DNA of 64,000 nt from Naegleria gruberi (taxonomy: Eukaryota): the NCBI GenBank assembly GCA_000004985.1, contig GG738893.1; one strand, written 5' to 3'. A model generated the notes under the pieces. The model was given only the letters and a program-made list of their open reading frames with translations. It was not told the origin of the DNA and searched no databases. The stretch's first letter is position 1, and each line of letters starts with the position of its first letter. This document shows, one piece after another, positions 43,402-54,075 of this stretch. Position numbers and translations under genes: made by a program.

Positions 43402-45632
43402 TCAATAATTAAATATCAATGAAATGCAAATAGTGAGAAGGAGTGTTACAATTAATGAACAGTCCAATTTAAAAGATGATGAAACTCTTGTGGAATTTCT
43501 AGCAGAAACAGTTGGCTGAATGGCAGAGTTGGAGGCAGTTGGTACAACTACATTGGATGGAGTATATTTCAATAAACCAATGTCATTGAATGGAATTTTG
43601 GTAAAGTATTCATTCTCGTATGGGTTTCCTTCAATGAGTGTGAAATTTAAGGCACTTGGGTTGGCAAACCATTTCATTGGAACATTCATGGTATTGTTGG
43701 AGACAGTTGACTTGGCATAAACCATTGATGCAATATTCAATGAAGTTGTTCCACTCATTAAATTGAAAACTACCTTATTTCCTTTTGGAGCATGAGGGTC
43801 ATCATTGAGAATATTAACAAGAGATGGATAGGCAGAAGCCCAAGGCTCGGTTTGATAAGGCATATTTTGGAGATTCTTCATGAGTTGTACTGAATTATTT
43901 GGTGCATTATATCCTCTGTTATCAACATGAATACTAATGGTATTGTTAATGAAAATATTGTTTCTTACACCATTATCTCTACCACCACCAACAAGAATAG
44001 CTCTGTAACATTCCAAAAGTACGTTTCCGTAAACATCAGCAGATGAATATTGATCATCAAGGTAAATACATGAAGTACCAAGTTGACCAGGTCCACGAAT
44101 GTGGTGAATGAAATTGTACTTGATGACATTTCCTCTCATAGTCCAATCTCTATTCGAAACATTAGAAATGAATATGAACAACTTTAAACATACCTTCCAC
44201 TATAAATGGCTCCAGCATCTCCTGTTTGAGTGCAAACATTGTAAATTTCATTGTAAGATAATTCATGGTTATTACCACTGTGCAAGATGGCTACATGCGA
44301 AGCTGTATGCAATACATTGTGCATTACCTTAACACCACATCCACTCAATGAAACTGCGCCTCTATAGGTCTTACCAATTCTTGAAAAATTGAAAATAGTA
44401 TTGTTCATTACAATGAGATCAGTATTGGTGAGTGTAATTCTTGAACCACCAGAAACTGAAACACCTCCTTGACCCAATTCATACATGGTATTGCTTGTAA
44501 CCTTACAACCAGTCAAACAATTACCAATAGCAAGGCCAACATTACCAGTATTGGAGATAGTACAACTATTCACAATCAAATAATTATAATTTGATGCCTT
44601 GATTGCGGTTCCTCTACACATTCCCAAATTGAGATTATGGAATTGATGAGCATGGGCATTGACTGTGAAAATCTGATCAGTTACTGAAAGAACCAAATCA
44701 TCATCATTTTCCAGAGGTCCAGGTGGATACAAATAAACCATGTCATCTAAAATAATGTATTCTCCAGCTTGATCGAGCTCACTCAAGAAATTCAATAAGA
44801 AAAATCTTTGACCACCCACAATACCATAAGTAATTGAGGATTGTTTTAAAGTGACAACACCTTCTGGAGTGACACTTTGTAAATCTTCAGTGCCATCTGC
44901 CCAATCGTATGCCCAATATCCAAAACCGAAAGGATACTTTTCATTTGGCCATCTATTTCTATTGGTTGCATTAGTAGCATCGAATGTGAAATTATTGACA
45001 CCTGGCTTGGCTCCAATCTTTAAGAAATTATCATCGAGTGTATCAGGAGAAATATTTGGATAACGAGCCAACGTCAAAACCTTTCCTCTATAGAAAAGTT
45101 CATTTTGTGAATCAGTTGAACCAATATATTGACCATTTCTTTTGAGTTTTGAAATTTGAGTTTGTGAAAAACCGACAGCTGTCAAATTCAATTGCAAAAC
45201 CTTTCCTTGTGAGCTTGTTGGAATCATATTAAAGGCCCAATTATTATTCTGAGATGTTACAACTGACCACAAGCTAGCTGGGAGTGGAACACCACCAACC
45301 ACTTTGACACTCTTGCCAGAATTTAAAGGTTTCCAAATGACAGGTGAAGTATTATCATTATACTTGCTAGGACTAGCTAAGGTAATTGATGAATTAATGA
45401 AATAGGACCCTTCTTCAATTAAAATGTTATAGGTTTGATTGGTGAGAGCTGAATTCTTCATGGACACAACTGTGGCTGCTGCTTTAGACAAAGTTTTGAA
45501 TGGAGAGTTGGTTGAGTTACCAAAGTTTGTATCGAGACCTTGACTGTCCGAAACGTAGATGTTAACTTGGCCTTTTAACACAGATAGAATGGTTAGCAAC
45601 AAAACGAAACAAACTAGTGTTGAATATTTCAT
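43402..45632 (-). CDS. Secreted right-handed parallel beta-helix (pectin-lyase-fold) repeat protein with C-terminal GPI-anchor-like hydrophobic tail; complement(join(43402..44149,44194..45632))
   Basis: Signal peptide is MKYSTLVCFVLLLTILSVLKG. Many beta-helix rungs carry N/G/T ladders (IVNSCTISNTGNVGLAIGNC, LTNTDLIVMNNTIFNF, NNIFINNTISIHVDN). A 44-nt intron (GTATGT...GAATAG) joins ...AGAIYSGR|DWTMRGNV in phase 2. The C-terminus SSSFKLDCSLIVTLLLTICISLIFNY is an omega-site-like hydrophobic tail. Confidence 0.6.
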
Positions 45633-45991
45633 TTTTTTGTGTGATGATTTTTGATTGACACGATTTGTAACATTGATTAGAAATGATTCGGCCGTTTGTG
45701 AACTGTCATTTGCCTCATTATTTGCCCTTGTATTGTTTAAAAGAATATGCATCAATTATTATATGGACTAATCTTACATTTCATATTTGGTTTAGTTTCA
45801 TTATTGAACTTTAGTTTTCAGAGAAATCTTTGTATCTATAGATAGAATATCATATAAAAACCAAGTATTTTCAACAATTCCTTTTTCCTTACTTGAAATC
45901 GAACGTAATTTCAACAATTTTGTAATATTTTCCAATTTTGGCGCTGAAATTTCAATTCAAAAAATTAAAAAAAAATTAAAAAACTCTTTTC

Positions 45992-47701
45992 ATGCTCAAT
46001 TTTATCAGTTACGAAGATGAGAATGATCAACATGATCGATATTTTCGTTCCGTAGCCAAATTTCTCTTCACTCCAATTATTCTATGGTCCACTTTGAGTG
46101 CTCTGTTCGGATTGATGGGTCTGATCATTTATGCAATTTTTGTATCCTATGATGGAGGGCCTGAATACATTACGAATGAATATATTGGGATTTGGATGAG
46201 TGGAGTATTGCTGAGTGTGAGTGGGCAATTAATTTATTTAATTAGTAAGCCACCTGATCGTGATCAGAAGAAGAAATGGTCGGATAGGATATTGTTTGCA
46301 ATGAATGGATTGTATTTTGGTTTAATGTTGGTGATGAGTTTAGTGATCATGATTGGATATTCAATGTATGGATTGAGAGTGGATTTGATTGTGTGTTCAG
46401 TGTTGATTTTCTCTATTGGATTGTTGAGCTTTGTAGTTGTGATATTGAGATGGTTTGCCAGAGGAATGGTTCCATGTGATTGTTGTTATGAAATGGAAGA
46501 CGATGATGATAACGTTAGTGCATCACATCCTCTAATGTTTTCTTTCAAAATGTCAGTGAATAGAGAAAAACCGAAAAAGAGAAATAATTCATGCTTGTTG
46601 AATTGTGTGAAATATACATGTTTATTTGGAGTGAATTCTGTGTTGAGGACTGTATCAATTGTGATTTTATTACTTCTCGCTTTTGGAGCTGTCAATTTGG
46701 CAAATATTGTGAATATTTCAAAGAGAGGAAGAATGGTAAAGGTAAAATTGAATGATGGGTCTGAAAGAGTCCAGAAAATTCATTTGATTTGTGACGGACC
46801 TAAAGAATCAAATCAAAGTTCCACTTTTATATTCGAGAGTGATTTTTCACACAATTATGCAGATTTTTCAGATATCCAAACTTACATGACTCAACTTGGA
46901 AGAAGATCATGTATTTTTGATAAACCTGGGCTTGGATTCTCAGATTACCTATTCAAAGATCAAAAGAATGTCTCTACCTTTTATCATAACTTTATGCAGT
47001 CAATAGGAGAACAGCCACCATACATTTTTGTTGGATGGGGAGGAGGTGGTTCAATAATTTATCAATATGCCAGAGATCACCCTGAGATGGTAAAGTCTTT
47101 GACCTTCTTGGATGTTTTTCCAGATGGAATAGAATTTACTTCAGCCAAAATATTGAAGAAACTAACAGAATCAGAATATGAAGCATTTAAAAAGAGTGAA
47201 TTGAATTCTAGAAGGAGTATTATGAATATTGTGAATGCTATTGGAGTACCATTAGGAATTATGCCTTTCATTATCGGTCCAAATTCAAATACAAGCAATT
47301 CAAATGAAATTGCATTCTGGATGAGAACCGAAAAAACATGGATCACTCAATCAGTGTTTCTTGATGAAATGATTAATAATCAAAATTATACAGATTCTGT
47401 TTTTAACCTCAATCTCCCTCAAAATATTCCCATCAACCTGGTCATTTCAAAACACAATGATAGCTGGGTTGAGCAAAACAATTACCAGTGCAAATCTTTT
47501 GGAATAGATTCAAAAGAATGCAAATATCAGGTGGAATTGAACAAATTTTATGTGGAATCACAGTTGAACATTGTTCCCTCACTTAATGGAGGATCTGTGA
47601 CATTTTGCACAGACAATGACTGTTCTCAATCATATTATACTTTCATCAATCCAAAGTACACGGCAGAGACATTGAATAGAATTTATAAGAAGGATATTTA
47701 G
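45992..47701 (+). CDS. Membrane protein with N-terminal multi-TM region and C-terminal alpha/beta-hydrolase-like domain, 569 aa
   Basis: Four or five hydrophobic helices occupy the first 200 aa. Later, KIHLICDGPKESNQSSTFIFESDFSHNY...YIFVGWGGGGSIIYQYARDHPEMVKSLTFLDVFP resembles an alpha/beta-hydrolase core. The stop TAG (47699-47701) overlaps the stop of the convergent downstream gene. Confidence 0.5.
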   Translation: MLNFISYEDENDQHDRYFRSVAKFLFTPIILWSTLSALFGLMGLIIYAIFVSYDGGPEYITNEYIGIWMSGVLLSVSGQLIYLISKPPDRDQKKKWSDRILFAMNGLYFGLMLVMSLVIMIGYSMYGLRVDLIVCSVLIFSIGLLSFVVVILRWFARGMVPCDCCYEMEDDDDNVSASHPLMFSFKMSVNREKPKKRNNSCLLNCVKYTCLFGVNSVLRTVSIVILLLLAFGAVNLANIVNISKRGRMVKVKLNDGSERVQKIHLICDGPKESNQSSTFIFESDFSHNYADFSDIQTYMTQLGRRSCIFDKPGLGFSDYLFKDQKNVSTFYHNFMQSIGEQPPYIFVGWGGGGSIIYQYARDHPEMVKSLTFLDVFPDGIEFTSAKILKKLTESEYEAFKKSELNSRRSIMNIVNAIGVPLGIMPFIIGPNSNTSNSNEIAFWMRTEKTWITQSVFLDEMINNQNYTDSVFNLNLPQNIPINLVISKHNDSWVEQNNYQCKSFGIDSKECKYQVELNKFYVESQLNIVPSLNGGSVTFCTDNDCSQSYYTFINPKYTAETLNRIYKKDI

Positions 47702-49812
47702 TAATAGCGAACTGGTTGGTTTTTGATATTTTCAAGGTAAGGAGAAATCTCAGGTACATCATTTACCAACCTGACACAATTTTCTTTTGAGAAGAACCTT
47801 GAAGCTCCATACAAACGCTCAATAAGTTTTGGACGTTTAGCCAGTAAAAGCTTTCCAAAGTAATAGTCATGTTTAGCCAAAAAACCAACAAAATAATAAA
47901 TTGGTGAGCTGACCAATAGTTTTGGATTTTTCAGCATGACTTCGTAACACAATTCATCATCAATTTCTTCAGTATCAAAACAGAAGTGAGATACTTTGAG
48001 AAGTAACGCTTTTCTCACATCAGGATCACTAACATAAGGTAGATTAGTTCGAGCCATTCTTTCTAAGGTGGTTGGGTCTCCTAATTTTACAATATCAAGT
48101 ATTTGATCTCTTGTAATGAAGTGTTCAATTGGGTAGTGATTGTTGAAATATTTCGTAATTGGAACGATGATTTTTGGGAATTCGTACATAACACTATCCT
48201 TTAAATTAATTAGAGTTCCATCCTCATTGACATTGAAATATAATCTATTCAAAAAGTTTTTCAAATTTTCCGATCCAACTTGTTTAGCAATATATATCTT
48301 CGCTTCTGTGAAACACTTGTCCAAAATTTTAAGATAGTTTTCATCAGTTTTGCCCAGCACTTCTAAATTATTGGGATACCTCAATGCAATATCTATTAAA
48401 TCCTTTTCCTTTTTCATATCATCTGATAGGAAAGGAAAATAAGAAGGCTGAATAGCCAAAAGTTTCTTTACAATCTTCTTATTTGATAGAACTTCTGATA
48501 GAAATGCATCTGCTTGAGAAGGATCAATGGCTTTTTCTCTAATGGAACCATCCATTATTTTCTTGGCAAGTCCAGGATATACACCTCTCTTCTTCAGATG
48601 GTTCCTGAAAAAATTGAAGTGTTTTGGTGTATATGGTTGGTCTAATATAGTGTCCATATAGAAACTATCTGACGACAAGCAAACAGGTACCAAATCATTT
48701 AGAGTAAAAGTACCCTTTCCAATAAAAGGAAATTTTTCAATCTGCTTTGTAAATAGCTCAGGATAATCATCTCTTTCAAATATAGAAAGCAAGTCATAAT
48801 CAATATTTTCAGAAATAACCAAACCACTCATTAAAGAAAACGCTCCATAATAATCTTTTCTTTTGAAAAACATCAGCTGAATACATTCCATCTCAAGATG
48901 ATGGCCAGTTACAAGAGTGTGATATCCCATTAAATTTGGCTTTTTTCTTACAAAGTAATCCAAAAGCTCAGCTCTTTCATAGCAGCTGTGTGCTGTTGGT
49001 ATCCAAGCCAAGGGATTTCTCGGATAGTGACGGTAATAATTATCAAAGAGAGCTGATTTGGGAGGTTTCAGAACTATCGAACAAACTTTCTTCTTTGTTT
49101 CTAAATCCAATCTTTCGAATGGAATTTTCAAAGCAACCTGAGGACATTTCCTAACAGCAGTCAATACAATGTCTGGATCCACTTTGAGTCTCTCTGAAAT
49201 ATGTGTATAGCAATAAGGACTACGTTTGGACATTCTCATGGCATTCATTATGAACTCTTTGTCATTCAATAATCGCTTAGGTATATTATTTAAATCTTGT
49301 AACCCCTTTTCCACAAAATCATTCACCAACATTCTCAAAAACAATTCTCCACTCAAATAATCACAATCTTCAATATAAATAAACATTCCACAGATATATA
49401 ATCCCTTCTTGAAAATGAGTAGCATGTATTCATTAATCATCATGTCTACACATAGAGAACTTCCTATTAATCTGTCAGATATCAACCCAGCTACTGAATG
49501 ACATTCCTTTGCAGCCACTCTCTTGTCAAATAAATTCGGATAATCAATTGCTAATTTCTTGAAAAACAAATATCTCTTATCAAAGGACAATATCTCAACA
49601 AATGCAAAACACACCCTCGAAAATCTATTAAATTCCAACAAGGAAAGATAATTTAATATGATTAGCCATGAATCTTCGGAAAGGTGCCAATCTTTGTAGT
49701 ACTTGATCGATCGGGTGTATTCTCTTTGTTCATCCTCGAGCCTTCTCATCTCTTCCATATTTTCAGAATAGTCGAAATTGAACCCGAAATCTTCATATTC
49801 TTCTTCTGCCAT
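47698..49812 (-). CDS. F-box-like protein with multiple helical repeat motifs (DUF4116-like), about 704 aa
   Basis: Start MAEEEYEDFGFNFDY is preferred (ATG 49812). An upstream in-frame ATG at 49863 is possible. WLIILNYLSLLEFNRFSRVCFAF is F-box-like. Repeated roughly 40-aa motifs of the form ...P...L..D.E.V..AV...P.AL..... follow. The stop TAA shares two nt with the TAG of the + strand gene ending at 47701. Confidence 0.55.
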   Translation of the reverse strand: MAEEEYEDFGFNFDYSENMEEMRRLEDEQREYTRSIKYYKDWHLSEDSWLIILNYLSLLEFNRFSRVCFAFVEILSFDKRYLFFKKLAIDYPNLFDKRVAAKECHSVAGLISDRLIGSSLCVDMMINEYMLLIFKKGLYICGMFIYIEDCDYLSGELFLRMLVNDFVEKGLQDLNNIPKRLLNDKEFIMNAMRMSKRSPYCYTHISERLKVDPDIVLTAVRKCPQVALKIPFERLDLETKKKVCSIVLKPPKSALFDNYYRHYPRNPLAWIPTAHSCYERAELLDYFVRKKPNLMGYHTLVTGHHLEMECIQLMFFKRKDYYGAFSLMSGLVISENIDYDLLSIFERDDYPELFTKQIEKFPFIGKGTFTLNDLVPVCLSSDSFYMDTILDQPYTPKHFNFFRNHLKKRGVYPGLAKKIMDGSIREKAIDPSQADAFLSEVLSNKKIVKKLLAIQPSYFPFLSDDMKKEKDLIDIALRYPNNLEVLGKTDENYLKILDKCFTEAKIYIAKQVGSENLKNFLNRLYFNVNEDGTLINLKDSVMYEFPKIIVPITKYFNNHYPIEHFITRDQILDIVKLGDPTTLERMARTNLPYVSDPDVRKALLLKVSHFCFDTEEIDDELCYEVMLKNPKLLVSSPIYYFVGFLAKHDYYFGKLLLAKRPKLIERLYGASRFFSKENCVRLVNDVPEISPYLENIKNQPVRYY

Positions 49813-49886
49813 TTTTTTTGGTTTACTTTGTAGACAACAATTCACATTTACAATTGAGTTCACAGAATGTTCAACAAATCAGAACA

Positions 49887-50863
49887 TTAATGTGTTACAG
49901 TGAATTGGTGCAATCCATGACCTTCATCCAGTTTAGTTACATTGAATTGATGATAACAAGTGTCACCCCCTTCTCGAACAAACCTTTTGTAATTTGAAAG
50001 GGTTAGTACTTCATTGGTTATATATGGTGCATTCAAGGTAACTCCACAAATACTACAAATCATTTCTACAAGCAATGCTTCTATTGTAAACTGAATTTCT
50101 GGATCTTCCAGTCCCAAAACAAATTCAACATCCAAGAAAATATATGGTATAATGGAAAGGAAATCAGCAAATCTGTAACTAACACTGGCCTTTTCACTAT
50201 GGTGTTCAATTAAAACTCTGAAAAATTGATTTCCATTGACTGAAATTGAAAAATAGGAATCTGTAAAGCCATAATATGTATCTTGATCAATTTCATCTTT
50301 GAATTCAATTCTCAAAGGATATCCATAATCTGTAAAAATTGTAAAGTTTTTCTTAGATTTACCATTTTCTGATTCAACAGAATGAACAAACACATCGTGA
50401 TTCAATGTATAAGCATCTGCATAAAGACTCCATTTAGAATAATTTTCTAGAGTCTTTTCTCGTACTTTTTCCAATGCCAATCCAATATTACACAAATGAG
50501 AGACTTTTCTCAATCCCAGTTCTTTAATTATTAGTGGTGATGCTATTAATTTATAGAAATTATCTCTCTCGTACAATGACAAATACACAAATACTTGAAA
50601 ACATCCCAATGAGATTTAAACTGATTATTACTTTGATCATTCTTGGCATGTTCAATGCACAAATCATGACACTTTCCAATGATTTTGGTAAAACGGAAAT
50701 ATGTTTGCAAATAATGGTGAGCAAATTGATCATCATTTTGAATGGCATTGTACATTTTCTTAGATGAGAGACGCAAAGACAACACTTCCGATGGGCATGA
50801 GTAGAAGAGAATTAAATTAATTTCATCGAGGCAAAGATTGGCCAGGATTGAAACTTTGGACAT
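49887..50863 (-). CDS. F-box protein, probable 2 exons complement(join(49887..50542,50587..50863))
   Basis: N-terminal MSKVSILANLCLDEINLILFYSCPSEVLSLRL is an F-box. Two overlapping minus-strand ORFs in different frames are reconciled by a 44-nt intron (GTATTT...TTAATAG), giving ...FKYL|SSPLIIKELGLRK.... The donor is non-canonical, so a true frameshift is an alternative. Confidence 0.5.
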
Positions 50864-50939
50864 TTTTTTAAAAGATTGGAAACACTTGCATTGTAAAGAA
50901 TGAAAGCTAAATATTATTGAAAAACAACTAAAAGGAAAT

Positions 50940-51012
50940 CGCCCACCGTGGGGGTCGAACCCACGACCACAAGGTTAAGAGCCTTGCGCTCTACCGACTG
51001 AGCTAGACGGGC
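50940..51012 (-). tRNA. tRNA-Lys(CTT), 73 nt, intact cloverleaf
   Basis: Reverse complement GCCCGTCTAGCTCAGTCGGTAGAGCGCAAGGCTCTTAACCTTGTGGTCGTGGGTTCGACCCCCACGGTGGGCG. The anticodon loop CTCTTAA gives anticodon CTT. All four stems pair, and the sequence is near-identical to metazoan tRNA-Lys-CTT. Confidence 0.9.
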
Positions 51013-51016
51013 TATT

Positions 51017-51066
51017 NNNNNNNNNNNNNNNNNNNNNNNNNNNNNNNNNNNNNNNNNNNNNNNNNN
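51017..51066. other. Assembly gap (50 N) between the two tRNA-Lys-containing repeat copies
   Basis: A run of N. Confidence 0.99.
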
Positions 51067-51200
51067 CAAGACAACACTTCCGATGGGCATGAGTAGAAGA
51101 GAATTAAATTAATTTCATCGAGGCAAAGATTGGCCAGGGTTGAAACTTTGGACATTTTTTTAAAAGATTGCATTGTAAAGAATGAACGCTAAAAGGAAAT

Positions 51201-51273
51201 CGCCCACCGTCGTGGTCGAACCCACGACCACAAGGTTAAGAGCCTTGCTCTCTACCGACTGAGCTAGACGGGC
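51201..51273 (-). tRNA. Second tRNA-Lys(CTT) copy with 4 substitutions relative to the first; the T-stem and one D-stem pair are disrupted, so it is probably a degenerate or pseudo copy (or assembly noise next to the gap)
   Basis: It differs from the 50940..51012 copy at tRNA positions 25, 60, 61 and 63. G51-G63 and G53-A61 would no longer pair. The acceptor, anticodon arm and CTT anticodon are unchanged. Confidence 0.5.
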
Positions 51274-51409
51274 TATGTTGATGATGAATATATTCATAAT
51301 AAAAGCAAAATGAACACTATTTTAGCATTAAATATTTTATCTGCTAAAGTTATAGAATTAGTGAGAAAGTAAACTTCTTATTCAAAATTATTCCCAAAAT
51401 TACTGTCCA

Positions 51410-52402
51410 TTAATACCTGAATATTCTTAAAACGTTGTTACAATAATCAGCAAAATAAAGCTCTCCATTATATGAATTCAATGTACATCCTCCTACGTAG
51501 CTCTCCTGTATCAGTTCACTATTCTTTGAATTATTGGAAATATCAGAAACAGATTCTAACCTCCCTTCCATATCCATAACTTTAATGCAATCGGTATTGA
51601 CAGTTATTATTTTGTAAGAAATCGTGTCAAATAGCGCATAGAAAAAATCATTGAAATGAATCTCCTTGACACTCTTCCATTCAGTTTCGTTAATTTTCTT
51701 CAATATTGAGAGATATTTCTCATCTTGATTGGTCAATAAAAGTGTAAATTCATTAATCACTTGAACATTCCACACACAAAATCCAAAATCCATTTGTTCT
51801 AAAACTTTTCCATCAGACAAGCTTAATATCGAAAATTTCAAGTAAGGATCACAAAAATAGATAGCATTTCCATAATGTTGTAATCCAGCTGGTCCATCAA
51901 ATAATTGACTCTTCCAAACATGTTTCAATTCATTGGGTTGTTGATGATTCAACATTTCGAATAGGGAATACTTGTAGACATGACCATCACAACATGAAAT
52001 AATTAGAGAATTACCACCCACTACACCTGTATCATTCTCTACCACATCTATATATACTGGAGTGGCAGGCATGATGATGGACTTCATCAGATTCCTACTC
52101 ATTAAACAGAAAAATTGAATTCTATCATTGCCATGATCACTCACAATAATACAACCAAGTGAGTGGCAAATCTTTACATCAAACGGATTTTTAAACCCCG
52201 AAATATTATCAACATTATCAATTTCATTAGAAAAGGCTTTCTTTCGTTTAGATTTGAATTTTTCCAACATGTGGGATGGAAAATTCACATTAAAATCTAT
52301 CAATTCGATATTTACTAAATTTTCATCAGTCAAAGATGAGGAATATTTTCTCTTCTTGGAGGAACTTTCAAGGGAATTTTCTTGGTGGTGTTTAATAGAC
52401 AT
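51410..52402 (-). CDS. NHL-repeat beta-propeller protein, 330 aa
   Basis: NHL-like blades (CIIVSDHGNDRIQFF, LYFADYCNNVLRIFRY, IYFCDPYLKFSILS). Single minus-strand ORF with an S/K-rich N-terminus. Confidence 0.55.
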   Translation of the reverse strand: MSIKHHQENSLESSSKKRKYSSSLTDENLVNIELIDFNVNFPSHMLEKFKSKRKKAFSNEIDNVDNISGFKNPFDVKICHSLGCIIVSDHGNDRIQFFCLMSRNLMKSIIMPATPVYIDVVENDTGVVGGNSLIISCCDGHVYKYSLFEMLNHQQPNELKHVWKSQLFDGPAGLQHYGNAIYFCDPYLKFSILSLSDGKVLEQMDFGFCVWNVQVINEFTLLLTNQDEKYLSILKKINETEWKSVKEIHFNDFFYALFDTISYKIITVNTDCIKVMDMEGRLESVSDISNNSKNSELIQESYVGGCTLNSYNGELYFADYCNNVLRIFRY

Positions 52403-52720
52403 TTTTTTTTTATTTTTTGGAATAATTTTTCAATTTTATAAGTGAAAGTTACTTATGCTTCACCCATTTTTTGAAACATTAGTTTGGATTGAATTGTGTC
52501 TTCTTTTGTTAATGTGATCTGATGGTCACTCCATGGATGAAGAGAAACATCCAAGTTGAAAGTAATTCATTGGAGGTTGTTCATTTGCCATTCTAAGATT
52601 CACTTTCAGGAAACTAATCCTCCAACTAATTTTTCTTTAAAGCCTGAATCAATAGAGCAGTAATTTCAAAAACAACAAAACAAAAATACTCAAAAAACAC
52701 TTCAAACTAATTACAACAAA

Positions 52721-53845
52721 ATGGAAGAACATCAATCTCTTGTAATTGACAATGGTTCTGGAATGTGTAAAGCTGGTTTCGCTGGCGAAGATGCTCCACG
52801 TGCTGTTTTTCCTTCATTGATTGGTAGACCAAAACAAAGGTCAATTATGGTTGGAATGGGAAATAAGGATGCCTATGTTGGAGATGAAGCCATGTCAAAG
52901 AAGGGAATCCTCGCTCTCAAATATCCAATTGAGCACGGAATTATCACTAACTGGGATGATATGGAAAAGATTTGGCATCATACTTTCTATAATGAATTGA
53001 GAGTTGGTCCTGAAGAGCATGGTGTCTTATTAACTGAAGCTCCATTGAATCCAAAGGCAAATCGTGAAAAGATGACACAAATCATGTTCGAAACCTTTAG
53101 AGTTCCAGCCATGTATGTGGCCATTCAAGCTGTCTTGTCCTTGTATGCTTCTGGTAGAACTACAGGTATTGTTTTGGATTCAGGTGATGGTGTTTCACAT
53201 ACTGTTCCTATCTATGAGGGTTATGCTTTACCACATGCCATTTTAAGATTGGATTTGGCTGGTCGTGATTTAACTGACTACTTGATGAAGATCTTGATGG
53301 AACGTGGATACAGTTTCAACACCAGTGCTGAACGTGAAATTGTCAGAGATATTAAGGAAAAGCTTTGTTATGTTGCCTTTGACTTTGAAACTGAAATTAA
53401 GAAAGCATCTTAAAGTTCATCCATTGATACTTCATATGAATTACCAGATGGTAATATTATCACAGTTGGAAATGAACGATTCAGATGTCCAGAAGTGTTA
53501 TTCCAACCTAATTTCATTGGAATGGAAGCTGCTGGTGTACACGAAACAACTTTCAATTCTATTGGAAAGTGTGATATTGACATTAGAAAGGATTTATATG
53601 CCAATGTTGTACTTTCAGGTGGTACAACCATGTTTGAAGGAATTGCTGAGAGAATGAACAAGGAATTGACAGCTATGGCTCCAGCCTCAATGAAGATTCG
53701 TGTTGTTGCTCCACCAGAAAGAAAGTATTCAGTTTGGATTGGTGGTAGTATTCTCTCTTCATTATCAACCTTTCAATCTATGTGGATCACAGCAGAGGAG
53801 TATGAAGATGCTGGATGTGCCATCGTTCATAGAAAGTGTTTCTAA
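52721..53845 (+). CDS. ACT: Actin paralog (about 85% identical to conventional actin), complete 375-codon frame except for one in-frame TAA at 53411..53413
   Basis: [32 protein letters not shown]...[10 protein letters not shown][TAA][27 protein letters not shown]...IVHRKCF. The two ORFs are in the same frame, and the TAA occupies exactly one residue position of the actin alignment (ATAAS|S|SSLEKSYELPDG). Everything else is intact. Confidence 0.8.
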
Positions 53846-53955
53846 ACCAAGTTGACCCAAATCTATCATATATATTGTAAATAATCAAATTAAATTATCC
53901 TTATTATCCTTAACAATAGCCAGTCCAAATGAACATTTAACAATAAATTAGAGCA

Positions 53956-54075
53956 TTAAGGTAAAAAGACTACAGCACCACAGGTTCCCAAGTTGTCTCC
54001 AACCTCAGTACTGATGTGGCTCGACGATGCTTAACTTCTCAAATCGGACGGGATGAGGTGCATTCATCGTGATAT
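53956..54075 (-). rRNA. 5S ribosomal RNA gene (about 119 nt) followed by a T5 Pol III terminator
   Basis: Reverse complement GCTACGGCCATATCACGATGAATGCACCTCATCCCGTCCGATTTGAGAAGTTAAGCATCGTCGAGCCACATCAGTACTGAGGTTGGAGACAACTTGGGAACCTGTGGTGCTGTAGTCTTTTT aligns end-to-end with eukaryotic 5S rRNA (GCCTACGGCCATACCA...GGGAATACCGGGTGCTGTAGGCTTT). It is GC-richer than the flanking DNA. Confidence 0.85.

Larger units (their letters stand above)
50772..51277. repeat. Two tandem copies of a roughly 245-bp unit (F-box gene 5' end + upstream region + tRNA-Lys) flanking the 50-N gap 51017..51066; copy 2 carries small deletions and substitutions
   Basis: 50772..50939 versus 51067..51200 are about 90% identical, covering the first roughly 30 codons of the F-box gene (MSKVSILANL... 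versus MSKVSTLANL...) and its upstream region. The tRNA is repeated in each copy. Copy 2 lacks two short segments (GAAACACTTG and AAATATTATTGAAAAACAACT). Confidence 0.7.

Noticed and set aside
53411-53413. Hypothesis that the window comes from a ciliate-type organism with TAA/TAG reassigned to glutamine, prompted by the in-frame TAA in actin
   Set aside because: Every other gene here ends with a conventional stop. Many end with TAA, for example at 4661, 11968, 35709, 38333, 41122, 53843, 59145 and 63554. Gln-rich proteins use only CAA/CAG with no internal TAA/TAG, so the code is standard.
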